A stretch of DNA of 64,000 nt, taken from positions 32,860,001 through 32,924,000 of the forward strand of contig OX597828.1 in the NCBI GenBank assembly GCA_951406725.2, in the 5' to 3' direction. The notes under the pieces were generated by a model that worked only from the letters and a program-made list of their open reading frames with translations, searched no databases and had not been told where the DNA came from. Within the stretch, counting starts at the first letter, position 1. Each line of letters starts with the position of its first letter. The translations under genes and the position numbers were made by a program. Positions 12,765 to 25,819 of this stretch are shown here, one piece after another. This DNA comes from Octopus vulgaris. Taxonomy: Eukaryota.

Positions 12765-13168
12765 TAGGCGCAGGAGTGGCTGTGTGGTAAGTAGCTAGCC
12801 TACCAACCACATGGTCCCGGGTTCAGTCCCACTGCGTGGAATCTTGGTCAAGTGTCTTATGCTATAGCCTCGGGCCGACCAATGCCTTGTGAGTGGATTT
12901 GGTAGACGGAAACTGAAAGAAGCCTGTCGTATATATGTATGTGTGTGTGTATGTTTGTGTGTCTGTATTTGTCCCTCTAGCATTGCTTGACAACCGATGC
13001 TGGTGTGTTTACATCCGCGGCACTTCGCGGTTCGGCAAAAGAGGCCGATAGAATAAGTACTGGGCTTACAAAGAATAAGTCCCGGGGTTGATTTGCTCGA
13101 CTAAATGCAGTGCTCCAGCATGGCCGCAGTCAAATGACTGAAACAAGTAAAAGAGAGAAAAAGAGAAA
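12765..13168 (+). mobile_element. SINE family B (tRNA-like head, CORE-like CTTGG.CAAGTG motif, internal microsatellite), full length
   Basis: A-box TGGCTGTGTGG, B-box GGTTCAGTCCC, internal (TA)/(TG) linker, 3' module ending GACTGAAACAAGTAAAAGAG. Near-identical copies at 19360, 51666 and 61491. Confidence 0.92.
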
Positions 13169-13564
13169 GTCAGTTAGTTGCTCAATGCGACTGAAGTTCC
13201 AAGTAACCTACTTATGAAGAACAACTAGTGATGGAAATCAGCGAAGCATTGGACGGAGTTCTGTGTGACGGTCGTAATGTAATGACTGAACTGTTCCAGG
13301 AAAATGCAACTATTCGACTTTGGTATTATCAATTCGAAGCAAGCTCTAAAAGCACGGAACAGACGTTGCGCATGCCTATTTTAAATAGTTCTGAATCCAC
13401 CCGCTTCGTGTTCCGTCATTGAGGATATATGGGATAATTTAAACAGCTGCTGGCAAGGAAGAAGTGTTAGTTTATAGACCAATTCTGGTTAACAAATCGC
13501 CCCGTGGACTTCGGAAAGAGCAAGACTCTCTCTCTCACTCTCTCTCTCTATCTCTCTCTCTCTT

Positions 13565-13595
<31 letters not shown>

Positions 13596-14098
13596 CTTAC
13601 TCGGTGCTGTAGAGAAATAGGTATGGGGGAAAAAAGATACTTTTGCCTTCAGTGGGAACATCACAAAATGTTTCCATTTTCCTAGAGAATGGAAGAATTC
13701 GCTGGAGAGTGAGTTACTATCCAATACAATATATTAACAAGTGGCTGGGGTGAACATGTTAAGTTGTGATGAGTCCACCTTCAGTATACGCCTGTAGCTG
13801 TAGGTTGCAGAATGAGATCGAAGAAAGAACAATTGCCGCAGATTTTGGGGTTGATCCGGGATAATTGGGATTCCTTTATTGATGCCAGTTTCAGACCTCC
13901 AGTGTCATGAATATAGTGCTTGTATATTTAGTTTTTAATATCATTCTTTTTTAATATTCAGTTCTGTGTAAACCTACTCTCAGTGAATCCATGCCCATGG
14001 AAACAAGGCGCTCAGAATATGGTAGGTGTTTGATACGACACCTCTCTGACAGACACAAAGAACTTATATTTTTCTTTTTGTCATTATTATTATTATTA

Positions 14099-14256
14099 TA
14101 TGTTTGACTTTTGCTTTATATTTGTACAAGTTGGCTCCGAGTCTCACCCGGAGACCTCAAGAGACAACAGGTTGGAAGTTCACGTTGTTGTTATGCCTAA
14201 TGTGCCATATATTTGGTTGCTTTTTTGTGTTGTACTGGTGGATGTCTAAAAAAAAT
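14099..14256 (-). mobile_element. 3' end of a (TAA)n-associated retroposon, 5'-truncated
   Basis: Homologous to 15801-15892. Both share the same terminus (...AAAAGTCAAACATA) abutting (ATT)n and differ at the other end. Confidence 0.65.
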
Positions 14257-14272
14257 ATTATTATTATTATTA

Positions 14273-14327
<55 letters not shown>

Positions 14328-14402
14328 CATTATTATTATCATTATTAGTATTATCATTATTATAATGATAATTATTATCATTTTATAATAATCATTATCA
14401 TA

Positions 14403-14458
<56 letters not shown>

Positions 14459-14529
14459 CATTACTATTATTATTATTATTATTATTATTATTGTTATTGT
14501 TATTCTTGTTGTTGTTGTTGTTGTTGTTA
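14257..14529. repeat. (ATT)n/(GTT)n microsatellite
   Basis: About 270-bp trinucleotide tract. Confidence 0.97.
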
Positions 14530-15047
14530 TTTCTCTTTCTGAAAGGATTTTTTGACGGTCTTCAAACTCTTACATGCGTTGCGAGATTAGTACCTGCAGC
14601 CTACGGTACCATGCTCTCGATTCGTTTCAACTATCTAATACTTTCCTGATTATTCTGGTAACAGTTCTTTTTGTAACAGTTCTACATGGTACTCATTTCC
14701 GATTTCCTTTATATTCCTCTTGATGCATGCTGATACTTTTTCCCCAAAACCCAATAATATCCTGAACTCCTTCATTTTCCACAGGCGGGTTATTTCGTAC
14801 TTAACAAGGTTCTATCGATATATCTTTCCGCCTTCCTTCTTGACTATTCATGGGTCAAAGGGACATGCAACGGCAACTATATAGCATATGGTGTGCACCT
14901 TGCCCACCACCACTAGATCCGGTATGTTGTGCTCTAGCACCTGATCTGCTTGAATTGGGAAATCCCTCATGATTTTCCTAGTCTCCGAATCCGCCATTCT
15001 CTGCAGTTTGTGCTCATACCACATCTTGCAACTCTGTATCCCCCCAT
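14530..15047 (-). mobile_element. R4/Dong-clade non-LTR retrotransposon 3' fragment (restriction-like endonuclease plus 3' UTR)
   Basis: WYEHKLQRMADSETRKIMRDFPIQADQVLEHNIPDLVVV...CYIVAVACPFDP*IVKKEGGKIYR*NLVKYEITRLWKM...LLQK...TRIIRKVLDS* (stop at 14627). This is the PD..D/KE.K RLE signature. The element ends in (TAA/CAA)n. Confidence 0.88.
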
Positions 15048-15102
15048 TATTATTAATGTTGTTTATGTTGTTGTTTCGTTGTTTATTTTTTATTGTTATT
15101 GC

Positions 15103-15171
<69 letters not shown>

Positions 15172-15172
<1 letters not shown>

Positions 15173-15726
15173 GAGTGAGAGAGCAGTGCATGCCATCAAA
15201 TTGACACTGGGGTAAAATATACGAAGCCCAATATACCCATCATGACTACCCATCTGATAAGGGTACACCAGGCACATGCATCACAACCATATGTGCGCGA
15301 CATGGTGATCTCATATCAAGATAAACAGCACATGACCTTGCAGGTGGGGCCCAGTTAGAATTTTCTTCAGGTTGAGTCGCCCATCCCGCTCAAAAGGTCC
15401 CTGAATAAGGGTTGTTTAAGGATGTTGAAAGAACCACCCATTTTTCCAGAGGTGAACTATTCAAACCCCCAAAAATCCCTCTCAACACATGGCTATGATG
15501 CTCCCCCACTACTTCTGCTCGTGATCAGAGATGCACATATCGTCAGCCACTAAGGGACATGCTCAACTGGTTAAGGTCAAACAACTGACAAGCAAATCTG
15601 TGGTATTGAGCAGAATATTTGCTGTAGCCCAACTTTTATACCAAGACAAAACAATGTACGTGATAACACTTCCAATCAGTTAAGATCAGAAGCCATGAGA
15701 GCCACTGCCAGGTACTGTATCAGGGC

Positions 15727-15730
<4 letters not shown>
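15172..15730 (-). mobile_element. Family D: ~560-bp non-coding element embedded in (TAA)n, longest copy
   Basis: Very similar copies at 47941-48130 and 48182-48629 share the end ...CTCTCACTCA(ATA)n and are truncated at the opposite end, which implies minus-strand retroposition. No long ORF. Confidence 0.85.
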
Positions 15731-15798
<68 letters not shown>

Positions 15799-15800
15799 TT

Positions 15801-15892
15801 TATGTTTGACTTTTACTTTACATTTGTACAAGTTGGCTCCAAGTCTCACCCAGAGACCTCCAGAGATAAGCTAGAAGTTCATGTTGGTGTTA
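15801..15892 (-). mobile_element. Second copy of the (TAA)n-associated retroposon 3' end
   Basis: Aligns with 14099-14195. Flanked by (ATT)n on both sides. Confidence 0.65.
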
Positions 15893-15912
15893 TTATTATT
15901 ATTATTATTATC

Positions 15913-15951
<39 letters not shown>

Positions 15952-17732
15952 CAGCAGTAGTAGTAGTAGTTATAGTGGCGGCGGCTGCGGTTGTGATGCT
16001 TATTTATCCCTTCGTATAACCTGCGTTCATTTGATTATTGATATTGGTGTAAGGTAAACGCTCGTACTCTTCTCGATCGTGTCTCATAATCCACATCGCT
16101 TTGTGGTTTATCAGTCTGCTTGATGTTAATCGATAATGTAATGATAAATGACTTTCTTTGATAATATCGGTGTTCAGTCCTCGATTCAATAAATGTTCAG
16201 CAATTGGCAATGAATACTTAATGTGTAAACAGTGTAAATTGGATCCTATTTCTATCGACCTTCGGAGATAGCATTTCCGCTGTTGGTTTCACTTGTTAGC
16301 TTAAATGTCGCAAAAGTATGTGTGTGTGTGTGAGTATATAAATGCGTTCTCGTGTATGTCTGTGTATGTCCGTGAGTGTTTGTTGTCGTGCAGATACGCA
16401 CAAATACGAATTTCTAATTATTACTACAGTTTTTTTTATGAGTTCCACTAGTCAAAGCTATGTAGGCATTACAATCAGTATCAAAATCCTTATCAAATAA
16501 GAAGTAAAACAAGGTAGCTCACATTTGATGATGTTAATTATTTTCCACGTAACTTGTGGTCGAAAAACAACGATTTTTTTCAAGTCTGGAACTGCTTTGC
16601 ACATAGCACTCTTCTATTAACACTTGTATGATCGTACACAATTCTAACGAAAACAGCAATAAACACAGTCGTAGTTTTTGTCTGATTTCTGAGATTAGGA
16701 AATTACATTATTGTTTTACATTGCTATATTCAGAGTAGTTTCTTTATCTAAGCTGTTTCCATGTTACTTCAAGTGGCTTTGGTTTTCGGAAAAGACAGCT
16801 GAGTTTCTATATGAACTTTTTTACAATGTAGGGCAGCATGTGTGTGTGTTTGTCTGTGCGTGTAGTGTATGTATGTGTATATGTGTGCGCGTGTGTGCGT
16901 GTGTGTATGTCCTTTCTTCCTTATTCCCCAGCGGCTTCTCGTCGCTGACAGCACCAAAGGTAAACAACATTATCGTCGAAGGCGTAAAATACTTAAAATC
17001 CTTGAGACGATGACTGGTGACGATTTAGCGACGTTCTATGCGTGTATTTTACGGTTACGTTTGTTCCGCTTGTTATGCTTTTATATATAATCTTTGTGTA
17101 TATGTGTGGTGGTGAGGATGCCTTTGTGTCTCTTGTTCACATCATAAGAAGTTAGACAATTTCAGAACGCGAAATATCTATTTCAGAAACTATTCGTTAG
17201 TAAAAGTATCTGTGTGTGTATTGTACATACAAATGCATGTACCTACAACGCATGTTTATGTATGCCAGCAAGAGTAGCTGCAGATGTATTCCAGTGTTTA
17301 AAAAATGTTTCTTCTTCAAAATGTGTCATCATGCTCGGTCATAATGCAATCACCGAGTGAATGCTTTCTATTCACAATTCTTGTTTAGTAGCACGTAATA
17401 CAGCATTCATCTGACAAACAACCCATACGTGCAGAAACACAGCCAGGTACAGCGTATATATATATATATATATATATATATTTCATGAATAAGGACAAAC
17501 GATAAAATTTCTAATGACAAATATGCCGTAAAATTGGACATATTGTCCATTAACCATATAATTTTTTCACAATATGTACGCTACTCGAAAAAAGGTCGAC
17601 AGAAATTTCTAAAAAATTCCATTATTACCATATCGGACCGATTTCAGGGTTAGCTCATAAGAGTCCTCCCTTCGTCAGTGATAAATGTTGTAAGAGAAAT
17701 AAATGAGATACTTGCTCATACCCATGGAAGAA

Positions 17733-17818
<86 letters not shown>

Positions 17819-19234
17819 TATATATATACCTACATACATATATACATGTATGTATGTGTATATATATATATATATATATATACATGCGAACATATACATG
17901 CAGCAATGTTTGTTTTAGTGACAAATGTATCAAAGTTTTTTGGGGTTTTTTTGTTAAAGAGTTAAATTTTGTATTCGAGTAATTTTAAGAACACCGTCTT
18001 ATCAAATAAACGAAGGGAAATGAATTATCTTTTAAATGTAATATCTTGATTTGTGAACAAATGTGTGTCTTCAGTTCGCACGTCGATTTTGGTGGAGAAG
18101 GTCATTACAATTTTGACGTTCCGAAAGCTTGTATCATTATATCAAATAGGATTAATGATTCTTTTATGAAAAAACTTTAAAAAGACGTGCATGTTATGCT
18201 GTGAAACCACAATCCATTGCATAGCAACTAAATAAAAGAATAATAAACTAGTGAATACCTACTACGTTAGTAAGTGAAGAATACCAAAACCGATATACAA
18301 AATCTCTCACAGATTTCTCACTGATTTCCTGATGTATGATACAAAGTGATATTCGCATAATTATTATTAAACATATTTGCTTGCGTTTGGCCATAATGGA
18401 ACCTTCAACCGTTCGTTATCTATCTATATATAAACATGATATCCTCTCTTAAAATTTACTTCAACTGAATATATCAGCCGAAACATTACATTTCTACCGA
18501 CACTGTTCCTTACAGTATTTGTTCCACACATTGCAAATATGTTTGAGAGCCTCGAGCTGAAGGAAATATATTTGCTGTATCTGTATCATTCCTTACATCT
18601 CATATCTATCGACTAGCACTTTTGCAAATATTTGAACGACGTTATGAAAGTGTAAATTATCCAAAGAACTAGCGAGTGGATAAATAATTGCTCATGTAAT
18701 ACTTAAGTTTTAGTGTATCATAATTTTTCTGTGATACTATCAATATACTTGTTACAACTATTCTGCAGATGTGTAAATATTCTTTGGATTTTACGTCTAA
18801 TTTATTGAAAAAGCTTCGGGTTTGTTTGTATTAATTATTTATACAAATTGCAGCAGATCGTCACTTATTTACAAAGTTATACACATCCTGTTAAATACAT
18901 GTACGTAAACAAGCATGCATTATATGCATACACACATGCACACACACACATGTACATATATATATATATATATGATCCTTTTCTGCCTCTTTTTACATCA
19001 CAAAACAGCGACATCTTCTTCTGAAGCAAAAATCCTTATATGACGTGTGCACTATGCACTTCTTTTCCTATCGAATGTTGAAAATGAAGATATTGCACCT
19101 ATACGAGGCAATGCTAAACTGAATATTAAAGCAACAAGTTCTTACGAAAGAACGACGAATTACTGTTGAGCGGAACAATAAGGTTTTTTGCGGAACACAG
19201 AATCAGTTTCAACGAAATTCCTTTCTTACTCTTC

Positions 19235-19235
<1 letters not shown>

Positions 19236-19306
<71 letters not shown>

Positions 19307-19335
19307 ATATCTATCTATCTATCTATCTATCTATC
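19236..19335. repeat. (CTAT)n microsatellite
   Basis: About 24 tetranucleotide units. Confidence 0.97.
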
Positions 19336-19359
19336 GATCAATCGATCTATGTATATATA

Positions 19360-19750
19360 GAGGAGTGGATGTGTGGTAAGCAGCTTGTTTACCAACCACA
19401 TGGTTCCGGGTTCAGTCCCACTGCCTGGCACCTGGGGCAAGTGTCTTCTACTATAGCCTCGGGCCGACCAAATCCTTGTGAGTGGATTTGGTAGACGGAA
19501 ACTGAATGATGCCCGTCGTATATATGTATCTATGTGTATGTGCGTGTATGTTTGTGTGTCTGTGTTCGTCCCCTAGCATTGCTTGACAACCCATGCTGGT
19601 GTGTGTATGTCCCCGTCACTTAGCAGTTCGGCAAAAGAGACAGATAGAATAAGTACTGGGCTTACAAAGAATAAGTCCCGGGGTCGAGTTGCTCGATTAA
19701 AGGCGGTGCACCAGCATGGCCACAGTCAAAATTACTGAAACAAGTAAAAA
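19360..19750 (+). mobile_element. SINE family B, near full length
   Basis: Aligns end to end with 12765-13168. Confidence 0.92.
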
Positions 19751-20494
19751 ATATATATATATATATATATATATATGTTTCTTTCTCGTTCTTTCCCTTT
19801 CTATTCACGATTTTTTTCTATATATGTTTCACGCTATCTTTTCTTTCTATATGTTGTCTCTTTCGCTTTATCACACTTTCTATCTTTCTCACTCTATTAC
19901 TGCAACAATCCAACGAGATGATATCTATGTGGTAATACACATTCGACGAAAATTAAAAGTAACTTATGCTCAATTTACGCCTTATAATTTGTTTTTTCTT
20001 TTGTTGTTTTTTTTTTCTGTTTTTTTTTCAAAGGACTTCAAAAGACAAATTAGTCTACGATCTATTGTCTCAAAATAATTTGGTGAAATCATACAAGAAA
20101 CACATTTGATGAGAGATCAGATTTTTCTAAACTAAATTACGAATTAACAATAAATACAAAAGCGACATCAGTTATTCCAAGTTTCGTCATCTGCGTATCA
20201 TCATTATACTAAATTTGTTCATGATCATCCGCATCGCTCAATTCCTGAGCTTTCGTCCCTTGCGTGTGTATGTGACAGAAATTTCAGCGCAACAAATCGC
20301 ATGTTTTAAATACATTGCCATGCAGCAACCGGCTACAAAGAATAACAGATTCGATGTCACTCTTGTGACATATATATATATATATATATATAATAAATAT
20401 ACACACTCGAACATACACGCACGTGCAAACACACACATACTCATACATACATAGATATATGAATTGTTACATATATATATATTCATGCATCTTC

Positions 20495-20548
<54 letters not shown>

Positions 20549-20552
<4 letters not shown>

Positions 20553-20741
20553 AGGAAAAATTTTTTTAAAAGTGCAGAATGCTCAAATGAAAGAAAATTT
20601 TAATAAAATGAGAAATTGATAAAATATATAAATATATATTTATTCAAATAAATATATATTTATATATTTTATCAATTTCTCATTTTATTAAAATTTTCTT
20701 TCATTTGAGCATTCTGCATTTTTAAAAAATTTTTCCTTACT
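20549..20741. repeat. Near-perfect 193-bp palindrome
   Basis: Arms 20549-20644 and 20647-20741 with a 2-nt spacer (CA). Only one mismatch and one 1-nt indel. Confidence 0.95.
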
Positions 20742-20788
20742 TATCATTTCTCCACGTGCGGTCAACACAACCCCACCATTTATTGATC

Positions 20789-20820
<32 letters not shown>

Positions 20821-20894
20821 TACATACTCACACATGTACATATATACATACACGCACATATATGCATATGGATATATATAATGTAACTACACAC

Positions 20895-21060
20895 GCGCGG
20901 TTATTGATTTCCTTTCCTTCTTAGGACTTTCTCCTTTCGCCTTTGCGAGGAAGTGCTATGGCAGTAATGTCAAACTGTCTTTTTTCACCAAGCGTCGAGC
21001 TAACACACTCCTTGTGATGTCTGTTAATTTTATTATTCGTTTATGTGAATTTTTTTTTAC
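20895..21060 (+). mobile_element. Degenerate Penelope-like terminal (pLTR) fragment
   Basis: Colinear similarity to 50860-51053, including a decayed hammerhead-like segment (TTTGCGAGGAAGTGCTATGGCAGTAATGTCAAA). Confidence 0.4.
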
Positions 21061-21085
21061 TATATGCACTGTCTAGGAGTGGCTA

Positions 21086-21245
21086 TAGGTGCAGGAGCGG
21101 CTGTGTGGTAAGAAGCTTCCTACCCAACCACATGGTTCCATGTTCAGGCCCACTGCGCGGCACCTTCGCCAAGAGTCTTCTACTATAGCCTCGTCTAACC
21201 AAACCCTTGTGAGAGGATTTGGTAAACGGAAACTGAAAACAGCCC

Positions 21246-21312
<67 letters not shown>

Positions 21313-21575
21313 ATGTGTATATGTATGTGTATATATATATACACACACACCCGTGTGTGTGTTTGTGTTTATCGCCCACCACCATCGCTTGACAACCCAT
21401 GGTTTTGTATCTACGTCATCGTTAATTAGCGATTCGGCAAAATAGACCGATAGAATATGTACTAAACTTACAAAGAATAAGTTCGATTTGTTCGACCGAA
21501 GGCGGTGCTCCAGCATGGCCGCAGTCAAATGACTGAAACAAATAAATGAATTAAGGAATAAATAAAAGAATAAAT
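21086..21575 (+). mobile_element. SINE family B with expanded internal (AT)n
   Basis: Head 21086-21247, microsatellite 21248-21365, 3' module to about 21575. Confidence 0.88.
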
Positions 21576-21774
21576 ACATCTAAGGAAAATAAGACAAGGG
21601 AGAAAATGGTTTAATAATTTTATTATAAAGAACATTTTGTAAAAGTTACTGAACGGTTTCAGCCTTTTCGACTTTTCAGCTAAGAGAAAAACAAGAAAAC
21701 ACAATGAAACTGAAGAAAAAGTTAAATGGAATGTTTCGTAAATATTTCCATAGTCTTCAAATAGGTAAGACATA

Positions 21775-21892
<118 letters not shown>

Positions 21893-22419
21893 TTTGTGAA
21901 GGTTCGTTAAGTAGTAGCAGATCTGAAAAAATAGTGTTTAGGGTACAGAAAAATGTTGATATTGAAGTTTGATGGTTTAAGAAGTCGAGGGTGGAGACAA
22001 GAAGAAGAAGAAGGAGGAGGAGGAGAACAAGAAAGAAGAAGAAGGAGAACAACAACAACACCAACAACAGCAACAACAGTAACAACAACAACAACAACAA
22101 TAGCAACAACAACAAGATAACATATTTCTTGATGCAACTATAATATAGTAATATACAACAATGTATATTAAGTACTTTTATAAGTCAATACTGAGTTAGC
22201 AGTGCCATTACATTACTTGTTTGAGCCAACACTGATTTTGTTCCGACGTAGACAACAATGAGATCGAAGATGAAAAATGTATAACGGGTGGAAATGCCAT
22301 AATTCAAGAGTTTTGGTCCTTCATCTGTACCACATCCAACCTGTAGACCATCCAGATTGCACTAAATATAGCGGTGAAGCTTCATTGCGTATGTCAATGA
22401 AACATATTCCTGGAAGATG

Positions 22420-22700
22420 GTACCTAAGTATTAATGATATGTGGGCGCACCGTATATTGGAATTTTCAACAAATATCTACTCCGTCAGATCCCTCGTCAT
22501 AGTCCATCGGACTCATAAAAATCAAGTGTTCCCTTATATATTGATGAACATATTTCAGTAGAGGGACATTGTGGATGACAGGTCTAACGCAGTTTAACTT
22601 CTTTGATTTATTAAAGCCTCACCAGAATTACAGTTCACGTTAGATCAAGAAATGATCAAATTTAGAAGTATGCTTGTACTGTGTATAGATGCAAGGAAAT
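22420..22700 (+). mobile_element. Possible ancient Penelope-like RT fossil
   Basis: VGAP...STNIY...LYIDE...SPELQFTLDQE resembles MG.P...ANIY...RY.DD...HP.IQFT.E. Very degraded. Confidence 0.3.
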
Positions 22701-23079
22701 TGTTCAGAAGCAAAATATCTGAAACAACAAAGTTTACTACAATATGTCTCCTACTATACTCACGAATTGACAGCAAAGAAGAGGAAACATGAAGATAAGT
22801 TACTACAGAAAAGAGATTTGAAACAGCACCACGGGCTCATTCGACTAGTTGTTTAAAATATATAATTGCTAACTTGTGTAATGAATTCTAGGACTTACAA
22901 AGATTCCAACCGCTACACTGAATTAAATCAGGTGAAATAGTAAAGGATTAGATTCAATTTAAGTTTAAAAAACCAAACAACTGATCAGTTACAATACCAA
23001 GAATTCATGCAGCGGATATGAGAATCCATCAGCTGCTAATACAATCGTTAATCTTATTGGGACCTACGCAAGTTGCTTA

Positions 23080-23319
23080 TCTTTTATTGTTTACTTGTTG
23101 CAGTCATTAGATTGTAGCCATGCTGGGACATCGTCTTCATGAATTTTAGTCGAATGAAGCGACCCTAATACATATTTTGTCCAGGTATTGGTTCAATCAA
23201 TTTCTTTTGGCGACGCGCTTATTCTTGGAGACGTAAACAGTGACACTACATGCCAAGCGGTGGTGGGAGAACAAACACAGATACAAAAACGCACGTCCAC
23301 ACACACAAACACACATTCA

Positions 23320-23402
<83 letters not shown>

Positions 23403-23803
23403 GAAAGGTGGCGAGCTGGCAGAAACGTTAGCACGACGGGCGAGATGCTTAGCAGTATTTCGTCTGCCGTTACGTTCTGAGTTCAAATTCCGCCGAGGTC
23501 GACTTTGCCATTCATCCTTTCGGGGTCGATTAAATAAGTACCAGTTACGCACTGGGGGCGATATAAACGACTTAATACGTTTGTCTGTCCTTGTTTGTCC
23601 CCTCTATGTTTATCCCCTTGTGGGTAATAAATAAATATATATGTGTGTGTGTATCGGACATCTTTCAGTTTCCGCCTAACAAATTCATTCACAAGGCTTT
23701 AGTCAGTCCGGAGCGAGAGTAGAAGAATCTTGCCCGGGATGACAAGCAGTGGGACTGAACCCGGGACCATTTGATCTTATCACTGAGCCGCGCATGCGCC
23801 TAT
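23080..23803 (-). mobile_element. Old SINE family B hosting a SINE A insertion in its internal microsatellite
   Basis: 3' module at about 23080-23290 and head at about 23650-23803 (CAGTGGGACTGAACCCGG...GCGCCTATG). Confidence 0.75.
23405..23632 (+). mobile_element. SINE family A, tail type 1
   Basis: Full-length copy aligned to 801-1030. Confidence 0.92.
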
Positions 23804-24354
23804 GTAAAATTTTTATTTGGAAACCTTAAGAAAGTTTTGTTAAGTAAGCGCTAACAATAAATTAAGTCGTTATGATTATTAAATAAACTAAACTTATAAT
23901 GGAAACTTCCAACACTTCCGCTGTAACGAAGTGTGCTACATAAAATAGACCACCATACGGAATAGTCAATATTTTTTTCATTTGAGGGGCTGAATGCACT
24001 GTCTTCTTTCCTTTTGCATTTATAAGAACGAGCATATTTAATCTGGTGATGGATTTAGAAGCTGTAATCCGTATGTTATAAAGAATATTATCAGCAGTTT
24101 GATCCAGTACCTACACAGAGTTATTTACCAGACATTATCTGAAGCACATTTATCACAGATACTACAGCTTCACGTTCTTTTATATTTGTTTCCATGTTAG
24201 TAGCATTAACATTAATATTTGATTATCTAATTACTGTACGGATTTATCTATAGCAATATGCATAGTCATGAAGAACTTTCACTAGCCATTCAGACGATTG
24301 AAACATTAAATAAATCATTTAAAAACATAGTCTAGTCGCTAATATATATGTGGT

Positions 24355-24572
24355 ACGCGTTTGGTTACGACGACGGGAATTCCAGTCGACCCTATCAACG
24401 GAAAAGCTTGCTCGTGAAATGAACGTGCAAGTCGTTATGCATTACACAGACACGTGTACCCTTAACGTAGTTCTTAGGAAGATTCAGTGTGACAGAGTGG
24501 GACAAGGCCGCCCTTATGAAATAGAGAGATTACTCATTTAAGCCAGCTGAGTGGACTTGGGGTAATGTGAAA
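24355..24572 (-). mobile_element. Old SINE fragment carrying the same tail as family E
   Basis: GGTTACGACGAC...GCTCGTGAAAT.AACGTG...ACGTGTAC.CTTAACGTAGTTCT matches 27641-27800, but the upstream part is different. Confidence 0.7.
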
Positions 24573-25085
24573 CAATAAGATAACAAGGATAAGGTCCCTT
24601 TCTCTGTGTAAGGGATACATTTCAGGAGACAGTTTGGGTTGCGTCCGGATGTGCAGGGGACGTTGTGAGAGGTGGGGATGTGGGGGATGGTCAATTTTCA
24701 TGTCATGTACGTGTATGTGTATGTGTATGCAAGACAGGGACCATGTTACATGAGGCAGTAGGGATGTCTAAGAATACCAAGAGACTTGGGGTAGTGACGG
24801 CTTCCAAGTTCCTTCAAACGCACACCACACACCATGTCGCTACGAAGATTCCTGTTCAGCCACGTGGTCCAGCACATTCTCCTTTCTCTTGGTGTCGCTG
24901 AAATGCCAATCTCACTTCTAACAATACCATGTGACATGCCTTCACTAAGAGCAGCACATTTTTCAGTCACCATCTTGGACTTCCTGTCTTTATCCATTGG
25001 GGAATTTGAACATGATCGAGCTGGTTTCCTCTAAGAAGCCTGCGAAACTTTGAGTCGCACGGAACCGATGCAACACGCACACGCT

Positions 25086-25132
<47 letters not shown>

Positions 25133-25305
25133 CACACACACATACACACACACACACACACGCACACACACATATGTTGTATATTCGTTATGGTGGACAT
25201 CTGAAATCCACACATTTTTTCATTCTCTCTCTGTTAATTTTCTCTTAAACACTTGCTTGCTGTTCATACAACTCTCTCCGTCTTTGTTTTTCTATAAATT
25301 TCAAC

Positions 25306-25306
<1 letters not shown>

Positions 25307-25395
<89 letters not shown>
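25307..25395. repeat. (GATA)n microsatellite
   Basis: About 22 pure units. Confidence 0.98.
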
Positions 25396-25617
25396 CAATT
25401 ACTGTGTAAACGTAAACGCATGCTATGCTTATTCATATATGTGTACAAGATTTCTATATATGTATGTATACGTATATATAAATATATAACAATGTGTCCA
25501 TGTGTTTAGAGATATACATACAATCAAATGTAGATATGCATATGTATACACGGATTATATATGTGTATGTATAAGTATATATACATGTCAATGTATGTGT
25601 ATCTATAAACACAGACG

Positions 25618-25653
<36 letters not shown>

Positions 25654-25672
25654 CACACATAATATAATACAT

Positions 25673-25725
<53 letters not shown>

Positions 25726-25772
25726 CATAATATAATACATACATACACATATACATGCATATACACACACAA

Positions 25773-25819
<47 letters not shown>

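Noticed and set aside
12540-13260. Possible plus-strand RTE remnant (RFSKAG...KIL..EVL) around SINE B
   Set aside because: Too degraded to support as a feature without an alignment.
16004-16285. Minus-strand ~94-codon open frame with a faint ankyrin-like stretch (LPIAEHLLNRGLNTDI)
   Set aside because: It lacks the TPLH motif, has no convincing splice context or partner exons, and is compatible with chance.
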